A stretch of DNA of 62,433 nt, the filler included, from Chiloscyllium plagiosum (Eukaryota), in assembly GCF_004010195.1 (NCBI RefSeq). It is 4 parts of one record of this genome, joined end to end, with 100 filler letters (N's around TTAATTAATTAA, not from the genome) between each part and the next. Parts side by side here need not be neighbours in the genome. Positions count along the whole stretch, not along the records: positions 1 to 16,343 come from NC_057717.1; 3 more parts are not named here. The stretch is one strand, 5' to 3'. The translations under genes were made by a program, and so were the position numbers. Within the stretch, counting starts at the first letter, position 1. Every line of letters starts with the position of its first letter. Below the pieces are notes generated by a model. It was not told the origin of the DNA, searched no databases, and saw only the letters and a list, made by a program, of their open reading frames with translations. Below are positions 1 to 11,420 of the stretch, one piece after another.

Positions 1-345
1 ATCCTTGAATATTCAACTCCCAATCCTGATCCTCTTGCAGCGATATCACTGTAAAGCCCACTATGTCGTACCTGCCAATTTGTACATGAGTCACAAGCGT
101 GTTTCCCTTATTCCTTATACTGCATGCATTACGATATAGTAGTTCAGTCCTGTATTACAAGTCGCTCTTCTCATTGTCATTTTTTTTGTCCAGTCGTTGG
201 TACCTACATGGAGCCTGACCACTGGATCATTACCCTCCCGCTCCAAGTTCTGTAAACCAGCCGAGCAACAGGTGGCAACCCAAGCTTCAGAGCTTTCAAT
301 CCCGTTCACGGAGAACAGTATCTATGCCTCTAACTATCCTACCCC
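1..345 (-). mobile_element. CR1 LINE fragment (ORF1 esterase piece joined to start of ORF2 endonuclease)
   Basis: The minus strand reads PVVRLHVGTND (GDSL-esterase ORF1 motif VHVGTND), then ACSIRNK...RYDIVG...QEDQDWELNIQG (APE N-terminus). Confidence 0.75.
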
Positions 346-360
346 CAATTATCCATAATT

Positions 361-476
361 GGGCTGCATGGTGACACAGTAAAGCTGCCTCACAGTGCTG
401 GGGACTGGGTTCAATTCCAATCTCTGGGCCCTGTCTGTGTGGACTTTGTACATTCTTCCTGTGTCTGGATTGGGAA
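361..476 (+). mobile_element. HE1-like tRNA-derived SINE, 5' part
   Basis: gctgcctcacagtgctggggactgggttcaattcc (B-box-like), followed by tgtctgtgtggactttgtacattct, the typical shark SINE head. Confidence 0.75.
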
Positions 477-1269
477 AAATAACTCTTTTCTCTCTCCACA
501 GTATGTCTTTGCGATTGTTTCGGATTTCTACCATCTACAGTATTTTTGCTTTCATTCGATGGAGAAATGCAGCAAATGTGACAGGTTTTTGTAAAAGTAG
601 CCGTGGTTAGCGAATTCCTCTGGATGTTTAGGAATCTTGTCCGGCCACTTTTATGAGTGCAGTGTCCCTGGATACCCACTCCATCTCTTACAGTCCCTCA
701 GTCCATCGTCACTACATGCAGTCTTTCCTTGTGCCACCCCTCCCCACACCCCATTTACGGGCACTGGATACTCCCTTCACAGGACTGTGCACACAATGGC
801 ACTGGGCATTTTCTGACCCGCTGGGGATGCTGGGTAAAGACCCTGCGATTGAAAGGAACAGAATAACTCGAATCTAATTGAAAAGCAAAGCTGAGTAAAC
901 AGGTTAAATGACATCCATCTGCTCTGACATTTTCTAATCTTCTGTTTATCCTCGCTCATCTGCAAACAGATGGTCAATATGTATGCCTTGTCAAATAGGT
1001 TTAGTGGCGGGGATATATATCAGATCCTGTGGCCATTGGACTGATTCAGTGGTATCACTTTCCTGACGTCACACTTACGTTTTTTAATAATAAAGTCTAT
1101 CCACTTTAAAGAAAATGCCTTGATGGAGTTGTGTTTAAAGGATATTTGATTTTTGGAGACATTAGAATATGTCATGTGTGAGTGAGATTAGAAATAGGAA
1201 GATAGCACAATTAAATACAATGCCAAAGAGCTGATGGGGGCGGCAGCACTTCTGATATTTGGATCATTA

Positions 1270-1660
1270 GGATTTCCGGTAAATAGGATATGCACAAGAA
1301 GGACGAGTTGGACCTGAACTGGCAGCAATCTCCAATATGTGGATCGTTTCGACTCCCGGATCGGTAGGACCAACACAAGAAGGACAGGACAGATCCGAAC
1401 TGGCAGCAATCTCCTGCAGGCAGGATTGACCTTGCCCCTTAGGAGGGTTTAAACTAGTGTGAGGCGGCGGTGGGTATGGGTGGGGGGATGGGGGCGGGGG
1501 GGGTGTGGTGAACCACAGCAGTCGGTCCACAGGTACAGTGATTGAGGAGGAGTTGAAGATTAACACCAGTACAGCTAAGACCAACTGCAAGCAGGCAGAG
1601 GGTACTGAACACAATGGACCTGGCAGTCTGAAGTGTGCTGATTTTTATGTGAGGAGTCTG
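1270..1660 (+). mobile_element. CR1 fragment, ORF1 end / ORF2 start, with an internal ~41-bp duplication
   Basis: cacaagaaggac...gaactggcagcaatctcc occurs twice (about 1292 and 1374); ggagggtttaaactagtgtg; LKC..F.VRS ORF2 start. Confidence 0.6.
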
Positions 1661-2514
1661 TTTGTTTGGACAGATATTTCGAGATCGCTGCATGTCAGAA
1701 AACAGGAAGAGATAATGGTTAATTGTGCGATGTGTCCTTCAGTGGATCAACTTGTCTCTGCAGGCACGTGAAGTGTTTATTGTGGGTCAGAGAAATTCAG
1801 AATTAATACAACACAGAAGGAGGCCAATCAGTCCGTCATGCGTCCACCAGCTCTCCAACTTGCCGACTTGAAAATAATGAGAATGATCGGAGGTAGGCTG
1901 AGAGGGAGAGAGAGGAATAAACAAAGAGAAAGAAAGTGAAGTGTGATAAACATTGTGGCGAGAAAACAGATCAACAGAATGAGTGAGAACAAGGGATATC
2001 AGACCAGTGTGAAGTTATCAGGAGGCAGCATGAGGATAAATGCACAGAAATTTCATTTAGAAACTCCCAGAGACTGCAAGCGCTTTGTCTGGTGCCATAC
2101 CCTGTGATACTGGCTATTATCCCAGATCATTTACCGCCAATGACATCACAGAGCTGAGTTGCTGACAGCTAATCAGAATCCAATAGACCAAGAGATTGGC
2201 TCCAGGGAGAAGGTGGATTAATTTAAATATTCTGGGCCAACTTCAACTTGTAACCCCTCTAGACACTGTGTGAGAAACACGGCGAGAGAATCCCAGATTA
2301 CTGACAGAAGAGAAATCAGGATCTCAGCTGCGGGTCAAATAATGATTGACAAAGTTTGCACATCACTTCCATGGTTTTGTAATTCACATTTCAGTTTATA
2401 TAGTACCACATAGTAAGTGTATTTTAAAAAACTTGCCTCTTTGTGGTTTTCATATTTTGGTATGTACCGATTTTTTCGTCCCTGTGTTTTTTGTTGAATA
2501 AATCCATTTTATAA

Positions 2515-5500
2515 CGGAGGAAGAAAGGGTCTGTTCCGATGGGACAGTCTTTATCTGAACCGTGCTGGGACCAAAGTCCGAGTGAATCCTAACTAGGACT
2601 GTAGACAGAGCTTTAAACTGATTAGGAGTGTGTGTGTGTGCGGGGTGGGGATTCCGTTACAGGGTTTAATTAGAAAAGCCGAATTAAAAGAGGAGGTAAG
2701 AGTACAGAATTCAGGAGAGGTTATTAAAATCTCCAGCGCAGACACAAATAGCATAGAGCATCTGGAAATGTTTAACAATCAAACTTCAAGCAAACTGGTC
2801 AAATGAATGGCATGACAGGAGGTACAGTTAATACAGGACTGACCATATTATATCTGACTGCATGCTGTACAAGGAATAAGGTAAATCAGCTTGTGGCACA
2901 GGTTGACACCGGCAGGGATGAGATGATGCGCATCACAGAGAAGTGGCTGCAAGGGGATCTGAATATTTAAGGATATTTATTCTATCGAAAAGCTAGGCAG
3001 GTGGGCAGAGGGAGTGGATTTGCATTATTAGTAAGAAATGAAATTAAATTAATAGTAAGAAAGGAAGTAAGGTCAGATGATGTAGAATCTGCGTGGGTAG
3101 AATTGAGGAACCACAAAGGTAAGACAACCACAGTTAGAGTCTTGTACAGGGCTCCAAAGAATAGTCAGGAGCTGGGGCACAAGCTACACCAAGAGATAGA
3201 AAAGATGTGTAGGAAAGGCATATTGGTATTTACAGAAAAGTTTTTTTTTATCCCTGTGTTTTGTGTTGAATAAATCCTTTTTATTACGGAGGAAGAAAGG
3301 ACCTGTTCCATTGGGACAGTCTTCATCTGAACTGTGCTGGGACCAGTGTCCGTGGGTGATTTCAATATGCAGGCAGACTGGGAAAATCAGGTTGGTAATG
3401 GATCGCAAGAAAAGAAATTACAGGAATGTCTACGAGAATTTTTTTTGGAGAAGCTTAAGGCCGATTCCACTCGGGACAAATGATACTGGATCTAATGACG
3501 CAGGGCAGATAAGGGAGCTTAAAGTGAAGGAAAACTTCGGAAGCAGTGATCAGAACATGGTTGAATGTATTCTGCAATTTGAGAGAGACAAGATAGAATC
3601 AGAGGTAACAATATTTCAGCTAATTAAAGGCAACTACAGAGGCATAAGGTAGAAGCTGGGTAGGATTGACCAGGAGAGGGGTCCAGCAGGAAAGGCAGGG
3701 GAACAACAATGGCAGAAGATTCCAATATTAATCCAGGAGACACTGCAGAAATTCATGCTGAGGAATAGAGGCATGGTACAGGGAGGATGAGGCAACCAGG
3801 GCTGAAAGGGAAGTCAAGGATTGCACAGAACCAAAAGAGCAAGCATATAATGTGGTGAAGGGCAATGGGAAACTAGAGAATTGGGAAACTTACAAAGATC
3901 AACAGAGGGCAAGAAAAAAGGAGGGAGAAAATTAAATATAGGAGTAAGAAAACCAGTAATATAAAGGAGATTGTAAGAGGTTAATTAGATATATAAAGTG
4001 CAAAAGAGAGCTAAAAGTGAATATGGGCCACTGGAAAATGATGCTGAAGAGACAGTAATGGGAAACAAAGAAACGAATGAGGAACTTTGCATCAGTCTTC
4101 ACGGTGGAAGACATGAGTAATTTCCTAAAAATTTAACAGTGAGAGGGCAGAGCTGAGTATGGTGGACATAATCAAGAAGAACATGTTAGAAAACTGAATG
4201 GCTGAACGTGAATAACTCACCTGGACCAGTTGGACTACACCCCAGCCTTGTAAGGGAGATAGCTGAAGAGTTAGTGCAAGCGTAAGTGGTAATCTTTCAG
4301 GAATGTCTAAAATCATAAACGATCCAAATGGCTGGAAAATATCTAACATGACACCCCGTTTAATAAGGGAATTCGGTAGAAAATGGAAAATTACAGACTG
4401 ATTAGCCCAACCTTGGTTGTGGGTAACATCCTGATATCCGTGATGAAGGATGGGATTTCTGATACATGGAGGTCTTTGGTAAAATAGGACAGAGTCAGCA
4501 TGGTTTCATCAAGGGGAGGTCAGGTCTGACAAACCGGCTAGAATACATTGAGGGAGTAATCAGCAGATTAGACCAAGGAGAACCAATAGATGTTATCGAC
4601 TTGTTCCTCAAGAATCCTTTGACAAGCTGCCACACAGGAGACTATTGAGAAAGATAAGGGCCCATGGTGTTAGAGGCAAGGTGCGAGCATAGATAGAAGC
4701 ATGGCTGTCTGACAGAAAGCAGAGAGCTGGCAGAAAAGGGTCCTTCTCAGGATGGCAAGCAGGGACAAGTGGTGTTCCACAAGACTCAATGTTGGGACCA
4801 CAATTATTCATCTTGTCATTAATGATTTACACGAAGGAACTGAGGGGATTCTAGCTAAATTTTCAAACAGAGCAAAAATAGATAGAGGGACAGGTAGCAT
4901 TGAAGAGGTGGTTCGGATGCAGGAGAGAGCACTAGCGCATCTGCTCAACTTCCCGCACCTCCGCCCTTGAACTCCACCATTCCAACTACAACAAGGATGT
5001 CACTCTGGTGCTCGCCTTCCATCCCACCAACCTCAGGATACAACGCATCTTCCTCCGACATTTCCGCCACTAACAGTCGGACTCCACCACCTGAGACGTA
5101 CCTCCCTCCCGACCCCTATCAGTATTCTGTAGAGACCATTCCCTTCACAACTCCCTCGTGTGGTTCTTGCAAAACCCCACCCCCACCAAGCCACCTTCCA
5201 CTCCTGATACCTCCTTTGCCACAACAAGAGGTATGAAATCTGTGTCAGCACCTCCCTCTTCACCTCCATCCAAAGCCCCCAAGGATCCTTCTACATCAGA
5301 CAAATAACATCCTATGCATCCAAACACTTCACCTACTCTGTCCATTGCTCCTGGTCTCCTCTCCATTGGGGACACAGGACATCAACTTGCAGAACGGTTC
5401 AGGGAACATTCTATGATACACACACACAACAACCCCACTTCCCTGTGCTTGAATACTTCAACTCCCCCTCCCACTGCACCAAGTACATGCAGGTGTTTGG

Positions 5501-6818
5501 CCTCCTTCACTGCCAAATTCTCGCCAGCAGTCGTCTGGAGGAAGAACGCATCATCTTCCGCCTTCGGACCCTCTAACCACACGGTATCAAGGGCAATTTC
5601 ACCAGTTTCCTCATCTTCCTTCGCACCATCTTATCCCAGCACTAACCCTCCAACTCAGCACGACCATCTTGATCTGTCCTACCTGTCCATCTTCCTTCCC
5701 ATCTATTCAATCCACCTTCCACTCTGAACTATCACTATCACCACCCACCTTCATCTAGCTATCGCATTCCAAGCTAACTTTCTACCAGCCCCAGCCCCTC
5801 CCATTTATATTTCAGCCCAATTCAACCCACCCCCCTCATTCCTCATGAAGGCTTTATGCCTGAAATGTCGAATCTCCAGCTCCTCGGATGCTGCCTGGCT
5901 GGTTGTGCATTTGTAGTTTGCCTCTGATCTCCAGCATCTGCAGTCCTCACTTTCTCCTGCTGAAGCATTTGCACAGGTTGGTGGAGTGAGCAAAGAAGTG
6001 GCAGATGGAGAAAGACGTGGGAAAGTGTGACATCATGCACTTTGCAAGGAAGAATACAGGCATGGACTATTTTCTAAATAGCGAGCAAGTTCAGAAGTCT
6101 CAAGTGCAAAAAGACGAGGGAGTTCTAGTCCAGGAGTCTCGAAAGGTAAACTTGCAGGCTGTCAGTAGTTATGAAGACAAATACAATTATGGGATTTATT
6201 TCAAAAGGACTTGGATATAAATGCAGGGATGTACTTCTGAAGCTCTATAAAGCTTTGGTCAGGGCACATCTAGATTATTGTGCACAGATTTGGGTCCCAT
6301 ATCTCAGGAAGGATGTACTGGCCCTGAAGCATTTTCCAAGGAGATTCACGAGAATAGTCCCAGGAGTGAAAAGCTTAACAAATGAAGAACATCTGAGGAC
6401 TCTGGATCTATATATGATAGAGTTCAGAAAGATACTAGGAGATCTAATTGAAACTTACAGAATACTGAATGACCTGGACAGATGGTGCGAATGAAGATGA
6501 AATTAATTTCCAATGGTACCAGAGACTAGGACCCGAGGGTACAGAGTAAAGAGGAGAGCTTTTAGAACAACGGTAAGGAGGAACCTCTTCAGCCAGAAAG
6601 TGGTGAATCTATGGAATTCACTGCTACAGAAGGCTGTTTAGGCAAGATCATTGAGTATATTTAAGAGTGAGACAGATAGGTCCTTGATTGCAAAGTGGAT
6701 CAAGGGTTACAGATAGAAAGTGGGAGAATGGGGTTGAGAAGTGTAACAGCCATCATTGAATGGCGGAGCAGGCTCAATGTGCTGAATGGCGAAATTTCTG
6801 CTACAATGTCTTCTGGTT
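2515..6818 (+). mobile_element. Decayed CR1 (HER1-like) LINE covering the ORF1 end, ORF2 (APE + RT) and 3' tail; interrupted by a Penelope insertion
   Basis: ORF fragments GRGSGFALLVRNEI...VESAWVELRNHKG, SQHGFIKGRS..TN.LE and LYKALVRAHLDYCAQIW.PYL; many stops and frameshifts. Confidence 0.92.
4920..5957 (+). mobile_element. Penelope-like element (GIY-YIG 3' part and terminal repeat) nested in the CR1 RT region
   Basis: SIGDTGHQLAERFREH matches the GIY-YIG motif YIGETGR.L..RF.EH; ends ...ccagcatctgcagtcctcactttctcc; CR1 sequence resumes in register after 5957. Confidence 0.85.
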
Positions 6819-7120
6819 GCTTTTCTAATATTGGCTCTCCTTGTTCCTTATTGGAGATGTACCCTGGAATTTGATCTTCATATGATTTATAAAGAGTAAC
6901 ATTCCAATACAGATGACTGGGAAATACCATGTTCCATCCCTCCAGTCTCAGCAGCCATGTCCCCAATTTCATAATCACACTGCAATTGGAATCCAGTGAA
7001 TGGTACTTAATCACAGTTGATTGACATCGACAACATTAACAGCAAGACCCTCGCCGGCCCTCTCTGATCCTTGAATAACCATTTGAATTGTGTGACACAT
7101 CATATTCTCTGTTAACATAT

Positions 7121-7195
7121 CCATGCCATTTGTCTTCAATAACTCATGTTGTTGTACTCCATGCCATTTGTCTTCAATAACTCATGTTGTTGTAC
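7121..7195. repeat. Perfect 37-bp tandem duplication
   Basis: ccatgccatttgtcttcaataactcatgttgttgtac at 7121-7157 and 7159-7195. Confidence 0.9.
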
Positions 7196-7561
7196 GCACA
7201 TTTTCCTGTCTGATTATGAACTGGAAAAGTTCCCTCCATATTTTACTTACATTATAGTCACTGATCAGTAGTTACAGATTTATGCTTCCATTTATAAACG
7301 GAGAAACTTGTTTATATTCTGACAATCCTTTGACATTACTCCCATATCCAAGGGAGATTGAACGATTACATACAATCAAGCTACCATCTCCAATATTCCT
7401 TCCTTCAGTCACCCCCATAAATCCCATCCCAAATGTGTAAATTTTAAACTTTTTTTTGATTTTTAATAAAATTAATATTTAAATGAAAAAGGTTAACTGT
7501 CGCTATTTGTTCAGTGACTGCGATTAATGTCAATCTCTGTGGATCCTAATTATCCCAGTGG

Positions 7562-7729
7562 ATAGATCAGAATCTGAAAACATTAGACTGGAATGTTCCA
7601 ACAATAGATCAGAATCTGAAAACATTAGACTGGAATGTTCCAACAATAGATCAGAATCTGAAAACATTAGACTGGAATGTTCCAACAATAGATCAGAATC
7701 TGAAAACATTAGACTGGAATGTTCCAACA
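7562..7729 (+). repeat. 4 identical 42-bp units (IDQNLKTLDWNVPT in the GPCR frame)
   Basis: atagatcagaatctgaaaacattagactggaatgttccaaca x4, in frame with the ATG at 7730. Confidence 0.97.
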
Positions 7730-7862
7730 ATGGACAGGAGTTTATCTTCGGGTCTTTACTGGATTTCTCGGCCTTGGATATCATTAGTATCGCGGATCCA
7801 GGATATCCTTTGAATTATTCAAGGTGGTTACTATCCCATCCTCGCGATAGTTGGTGTTCCTG
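7562..7862 (+). pseudogene. GPR139-like: GPR139/GPR142-like orphan GPCR exon 1 (N-terminus + start of TM1), disabled
   Basis: From ATG 7730: MDRSLSSGLYWISRPWISLVSRIQDIL*IIQGGYYPILAIVGVP, then phase-1 donor G|gtaagt at 7862/7863; in-frame TGA at 7811. YYP.LA.VGVP followed by a phase-1 intron is the characteristic exon-1 end of shark GPR139-like genes. Confidence 0.8.
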
Positions 7863-8478
7863 GTAAGTCATTATATTTGTCTACTAAACTGGGTTGATCT
7901 GAATTTCTGCTCATGATATATAAATTTTGGAAAGTGTAAGTCAATGTCTTCAGTTCCAAACAAAAATTCATTTCCTTATAAATCATAACTAATTATCTAC
8001 TATTTATAAATTACTCACTGATACGCGAGAAGGAACCAGACTGTTGTCAAACTCCATAATCCATTTTGTCCTTCACAGATTTACATCGCCATGTCCTCCC
8101 CAGCCACCAAAACTATCCAATACCACCATCATGATATCCCAGTCTTGTCCTCAATCTCAGTGCAACCTCTGAATAAACCATGATTTATAACTTTGTACAA
8201 TCCGGATGCAACAATTTTAAGTTCCTTCTAACCACATATCCGTCACTAAATAATTGCTATTGTGAATGTTTAACTTGTTCTCTGCACATAAAGGAAGACA
8301 GTTCATGGTGGTCAAGCCATTGATTCTTAATTTAGAACCACAGAATATCTCATGAAGAAAATTGGTGGAATTTAAAAGTAACCATTATCATTTTTTTATA
8401 AAAACCCATCTGCTTGCCTCATGTCCTTTAGGGAAGTCAATGTGTCATGATTCCCTAGTCAGGTTTCCATGTGAGTTC

Positions 8479-9152
8479 TATGATGATCATGTGGGTGTAC
8501 TGTCCCTTTAAGAGATTTAAAAGCCAGCAATAACTACCTGATAGCACCAACTGCTCTGAAAAATAGATAAAATGTAATCTTTGGTTGAACAACTTGATTA
8601 GCTCATTGTCTCGATTCAAAAACAAATTCGGCAAAACACTTTAAATTGTACACCAAAATACTCACCTCCAATAAAGTTTGAATTTATTATATGGACAATC
8701 TTAAATGCCTTTGACACAATCCAATGGTTTGGGGGTACAAGACCGTGGAAAATTGAACAGTTGAGAGGAAAACTACCAAGCTACCAGCATGCAAAGACTG
8801 CCAGAAAAATAGATATTTTGAAGGTACTTTCATTGATTAGTAACTGCTGAAGCAGAATCCCCAAGAAGGAAAGAAGACAGGAATATGGAGAAGAACTGAA
8901 AGCTTCCTGGTTTTGAGATAAGAAGTTTTGTTTTGTAAATCTTAATTTGGAGTCTTATCGGACTAGTATTGTGGAAGGGGAACATCAAAGACAGGTTAGA
9001 GGTAAAAGTTGTAAATCGTCGTTCGTCTATTATTCTCTGTTTTACTTTTAATAGTTTTGGACTCTAGAATTATCACAGATTACTGCATGGGATAAATCTT
9101 TTCCCTGTTGCTGGTTTTAATTAAGCAGGAGAATTTATCCTGTGTTATAACA
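8479..9152 (+). mobile_element. Solo LTR (~674 bp) inserted in a LINE 3' tail
   Basis: Ends T(A/G)TGATG...TGTTATAACA (TG..CA in the mirror copy 22210-22882); the host LINE tail gtgagttc|...|ctacaaaaccccagcaatgtg is split by it. Confidence 0.7.
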
Positions 9153-9328
9153 CTACAAAACCCCAGCAATGTGTTTTACTCTTTACTGTACTGTGGAACA
9201 GCTGAACCAGCCACTCAGTTCAAGATCAGCATAACATGCTGGCCTGACCATGGCTGACATGCATCATGTGAGAGAAGAACAAAACAAAGATAGCTCTCTT
9301 CCTCTGCCTGTTTCCCGTATTCCTACAG

Positions 9329-9343
9329 CTCATTTCGATTCAG
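9329..9343 (+). other. Candidate 15-nt microexon
   Basis: Polypyrimidine tract ctctcttcctctgcctgtttcccgtattcctacag, then CTCATTTCGATTCAG, then the consensus donor gtaagt. Confidence 0.4.
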
Positions 9344-9764
9344 GTAAGTGACCATCCCCTATTTTGTGTATATTCAATCTCATTGAAGTTCTCCCCGAGA
9401 GTGTTGCACATCTCCATAGGCATCGCTGGTGCTAGCTTTATTGATGTTGACGTACGGATGTAAGGGACTTAGAAATTCCATGTCAGACGTAGTGCATAGA
9501 GAAGAAATGGCTTTTTGCGGCACAGGAAAAAATGGCGATGTCGAAGTGAGAGAAAAGAATTATTGCGATCATTCTTGAGAGTGTTGTTGAGGCAGTATTT
9601 GGATAGACTTTCTCTGAAGTTTCATCAGACTAATCCCTGGGATGATGGCACCATGAACAGTGAGTGAAGCTCAGTGAAAGAATAAGAGGTGATTGCATTG
9701 AACCTGAAGGGAGGTGGACAATCACTCATGATGTTCTAAACAGGCACTGATACATAGATGAATT

Positions 9765-10195
9765 CCATGGCTTTTTTGTCACTCGGGTTACATGATTCTC
9801 AATAGTTAAAGAGCCTCTGAGAACGTTCTACCCAACGGCACGCACTCCTTATTTTGATTGAGACAGAGCGAGAGAGAGAGAGGTTCAGACTTTTGAATAA
9901 ACGCTCCCAACATTAATACAGTTCAATTGGTGTGTGATCCTGCAATGAACGTCATGTTATCCATAATCCCGACAGCAGCAACAAGACCTTTATTATAAAA
10001 GAGTTTACTCTTCCCAGCAACATCTGACCTCCATGGAGAACATGGGTGTGTCTTCTCGGAGATGGAAGATGCCTCCTTGAGACTTGACACAAAACATTTG
10101 GCTTCCCTCCTCACTGCCAGCAAATCCTGTTAAAATAGCACACGTTCTACAACTAGTGGAGCCAAGATTAACACCATAGAGCCGTCTATCAGTGC
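9765..10195 (+). mobile_element. PIF/Harbinger DDE transposase fossil (catalytic core)
   Basis: Reads VQLVCDP...PDSSN.TFI...CLLGDG...FYN across frameshifts, matching Harbinger VQLVCD..YPGSSHD.FIL..WLLGDKGY..YN; mirror copy on - at about 21199-21590. Confidence 0.65.
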
Positions 10196-10244
10196 AGTCT
10201 CTGTTTCATTGGTTTGTCATGTTGGGCAATCAATGACACCATCC

Positions 10245-10495
10245 TGTTCCTGTATAACTGTCTCGTGGGGCTGAATCGCTTCCTCCTGGTCTCATGGAAC
10301 AGGTTTAAGGGTCTGATTGGGCTCTGCCTGTTCCTGTTTAACAGCTCGATGAACTAACAGACCCCTTCTCTTCCTGTGGAACAGGCAGGAGGATTGAATG
10401 GGCTCTCGCTCTTCTTGTTCAGTAGCATGCTGAATGGCTTCCACATATCCGTGTGTAACCAGCTTGAGATGGTGACCGGGCTGCTCTTTTAACTG
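10245..10495. repeat. Degenerate ~40-bp minisatellite derived from a LINE 3' end
   Basis: Recurrent ctgaatggc-like...cctcctgttcctgt..aacag units. Confidence 0.55.
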
Positions 10496-11327
10496 TAGAA
10501 ATGTGCAGTGTCTGGCCGTGCTATTACATGAATGTTACCAATACATTAACAGCACAAACCGGAATGTTGCCCGCGTCTTGCTGCACATGGACACAGAATG
10601 GTTCAAGAGTTGATGAGGGGCAAAATATTCTGAACATTGTATGATCTTCAGTCATCATCCCCACTTCAGTTCTTATGATGGGGAAAGACATTGATGGAGC
10701 AGCTGAAGATGTTTGTGCTGAGGAGGTTAACCTGAGGATTTTCTGCAGAGATGTCCTTGGAACTGAGAGGACTGTTGGCCACTGACCACAAGCATTTTTC
10801 TTTGTGCTTTGAAAGACCTAGACAAGTGGGAGGTTTCACCTGATTACCATTCAGCTCAAGTAGGTAGGTGGTCCCAATGCCATCCGCAGTCAAATATTGC
10901 CCTGATATCAAAACCATTCACTCTTTCTGAGCCCTTGTGTTCACCTCTTGTTCATATCAATGGATGCTGGTGTCTGTGTAAGAAGTGTTTTCCTCTCACA
11001 GAGGGTAATCACTGTCAGAAATTATCTGGGCGAGAGAGTTATTGGAGCTACATCACTGAAAATATTTAAGGAGGAGGTAGATGGATCTTTGATCTGTCAG
11101 AGACCTGAGGGGTGTGAAGAATTGGGCATTAAAGGGGAGTTAATGTCAACAGTAGATCAGCCATGATTGCATACAATGGCTTGGTCGTCCGAATTACTGA
11201 TCCTGTTCCTTATGTCCTCATATTCTGCAATTACAAAGTTAATAGTTGTAACTTTCCTGAACGTTTTGTTATTGAATGTTGCAATTCGAGAGAGTTAAGT
11301 ATTTTGTGAGTCATTTCTGGGTGAGGT

Positions 11328-11420
11328 ATCGGGGCTGTATTCACAGAGAATCTGGGTCTATAATATGACCAACAAATAAAGCACAAAGTGCAGAGAGGAG
11401 ACACACTGTAAAGAGACCAG
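11328..11420 (+). mobile_element. Harbinger transposase 5' fragment (mirror copy 20245-20335, -)
   Basis: GAVFTENLGL*YDQQIKHKVQRGDTL is homologous to the N-terminus of the longer copy starting at 25656 (HEQQMEQRLQRGEAL). Confidence 0.6.

Noticed and set aside
361..430. tRNA-like A/B boxes
   Set aside because: These are the tRNA-derived heads of HE1-type SINEs, not tRNA genes.
390..600. CACAGTG heptamer and ggttttttgt as possible V(D)J recombination signals
   Set aside because: The heptamer lies in a SINE head, the spacing and orientation are wrong, and I found no Ig/TCR segments.
7558..7866. ORF MDRSESENIRLECSNN... (102 aa), or the 42-bp array read as a CRISPR-like locus
   Set aside because: This is the wrong frame of the GPCR exon. 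The units are contiguous with no unique spacers, and the DNA is eukaryotic with no cas genes.
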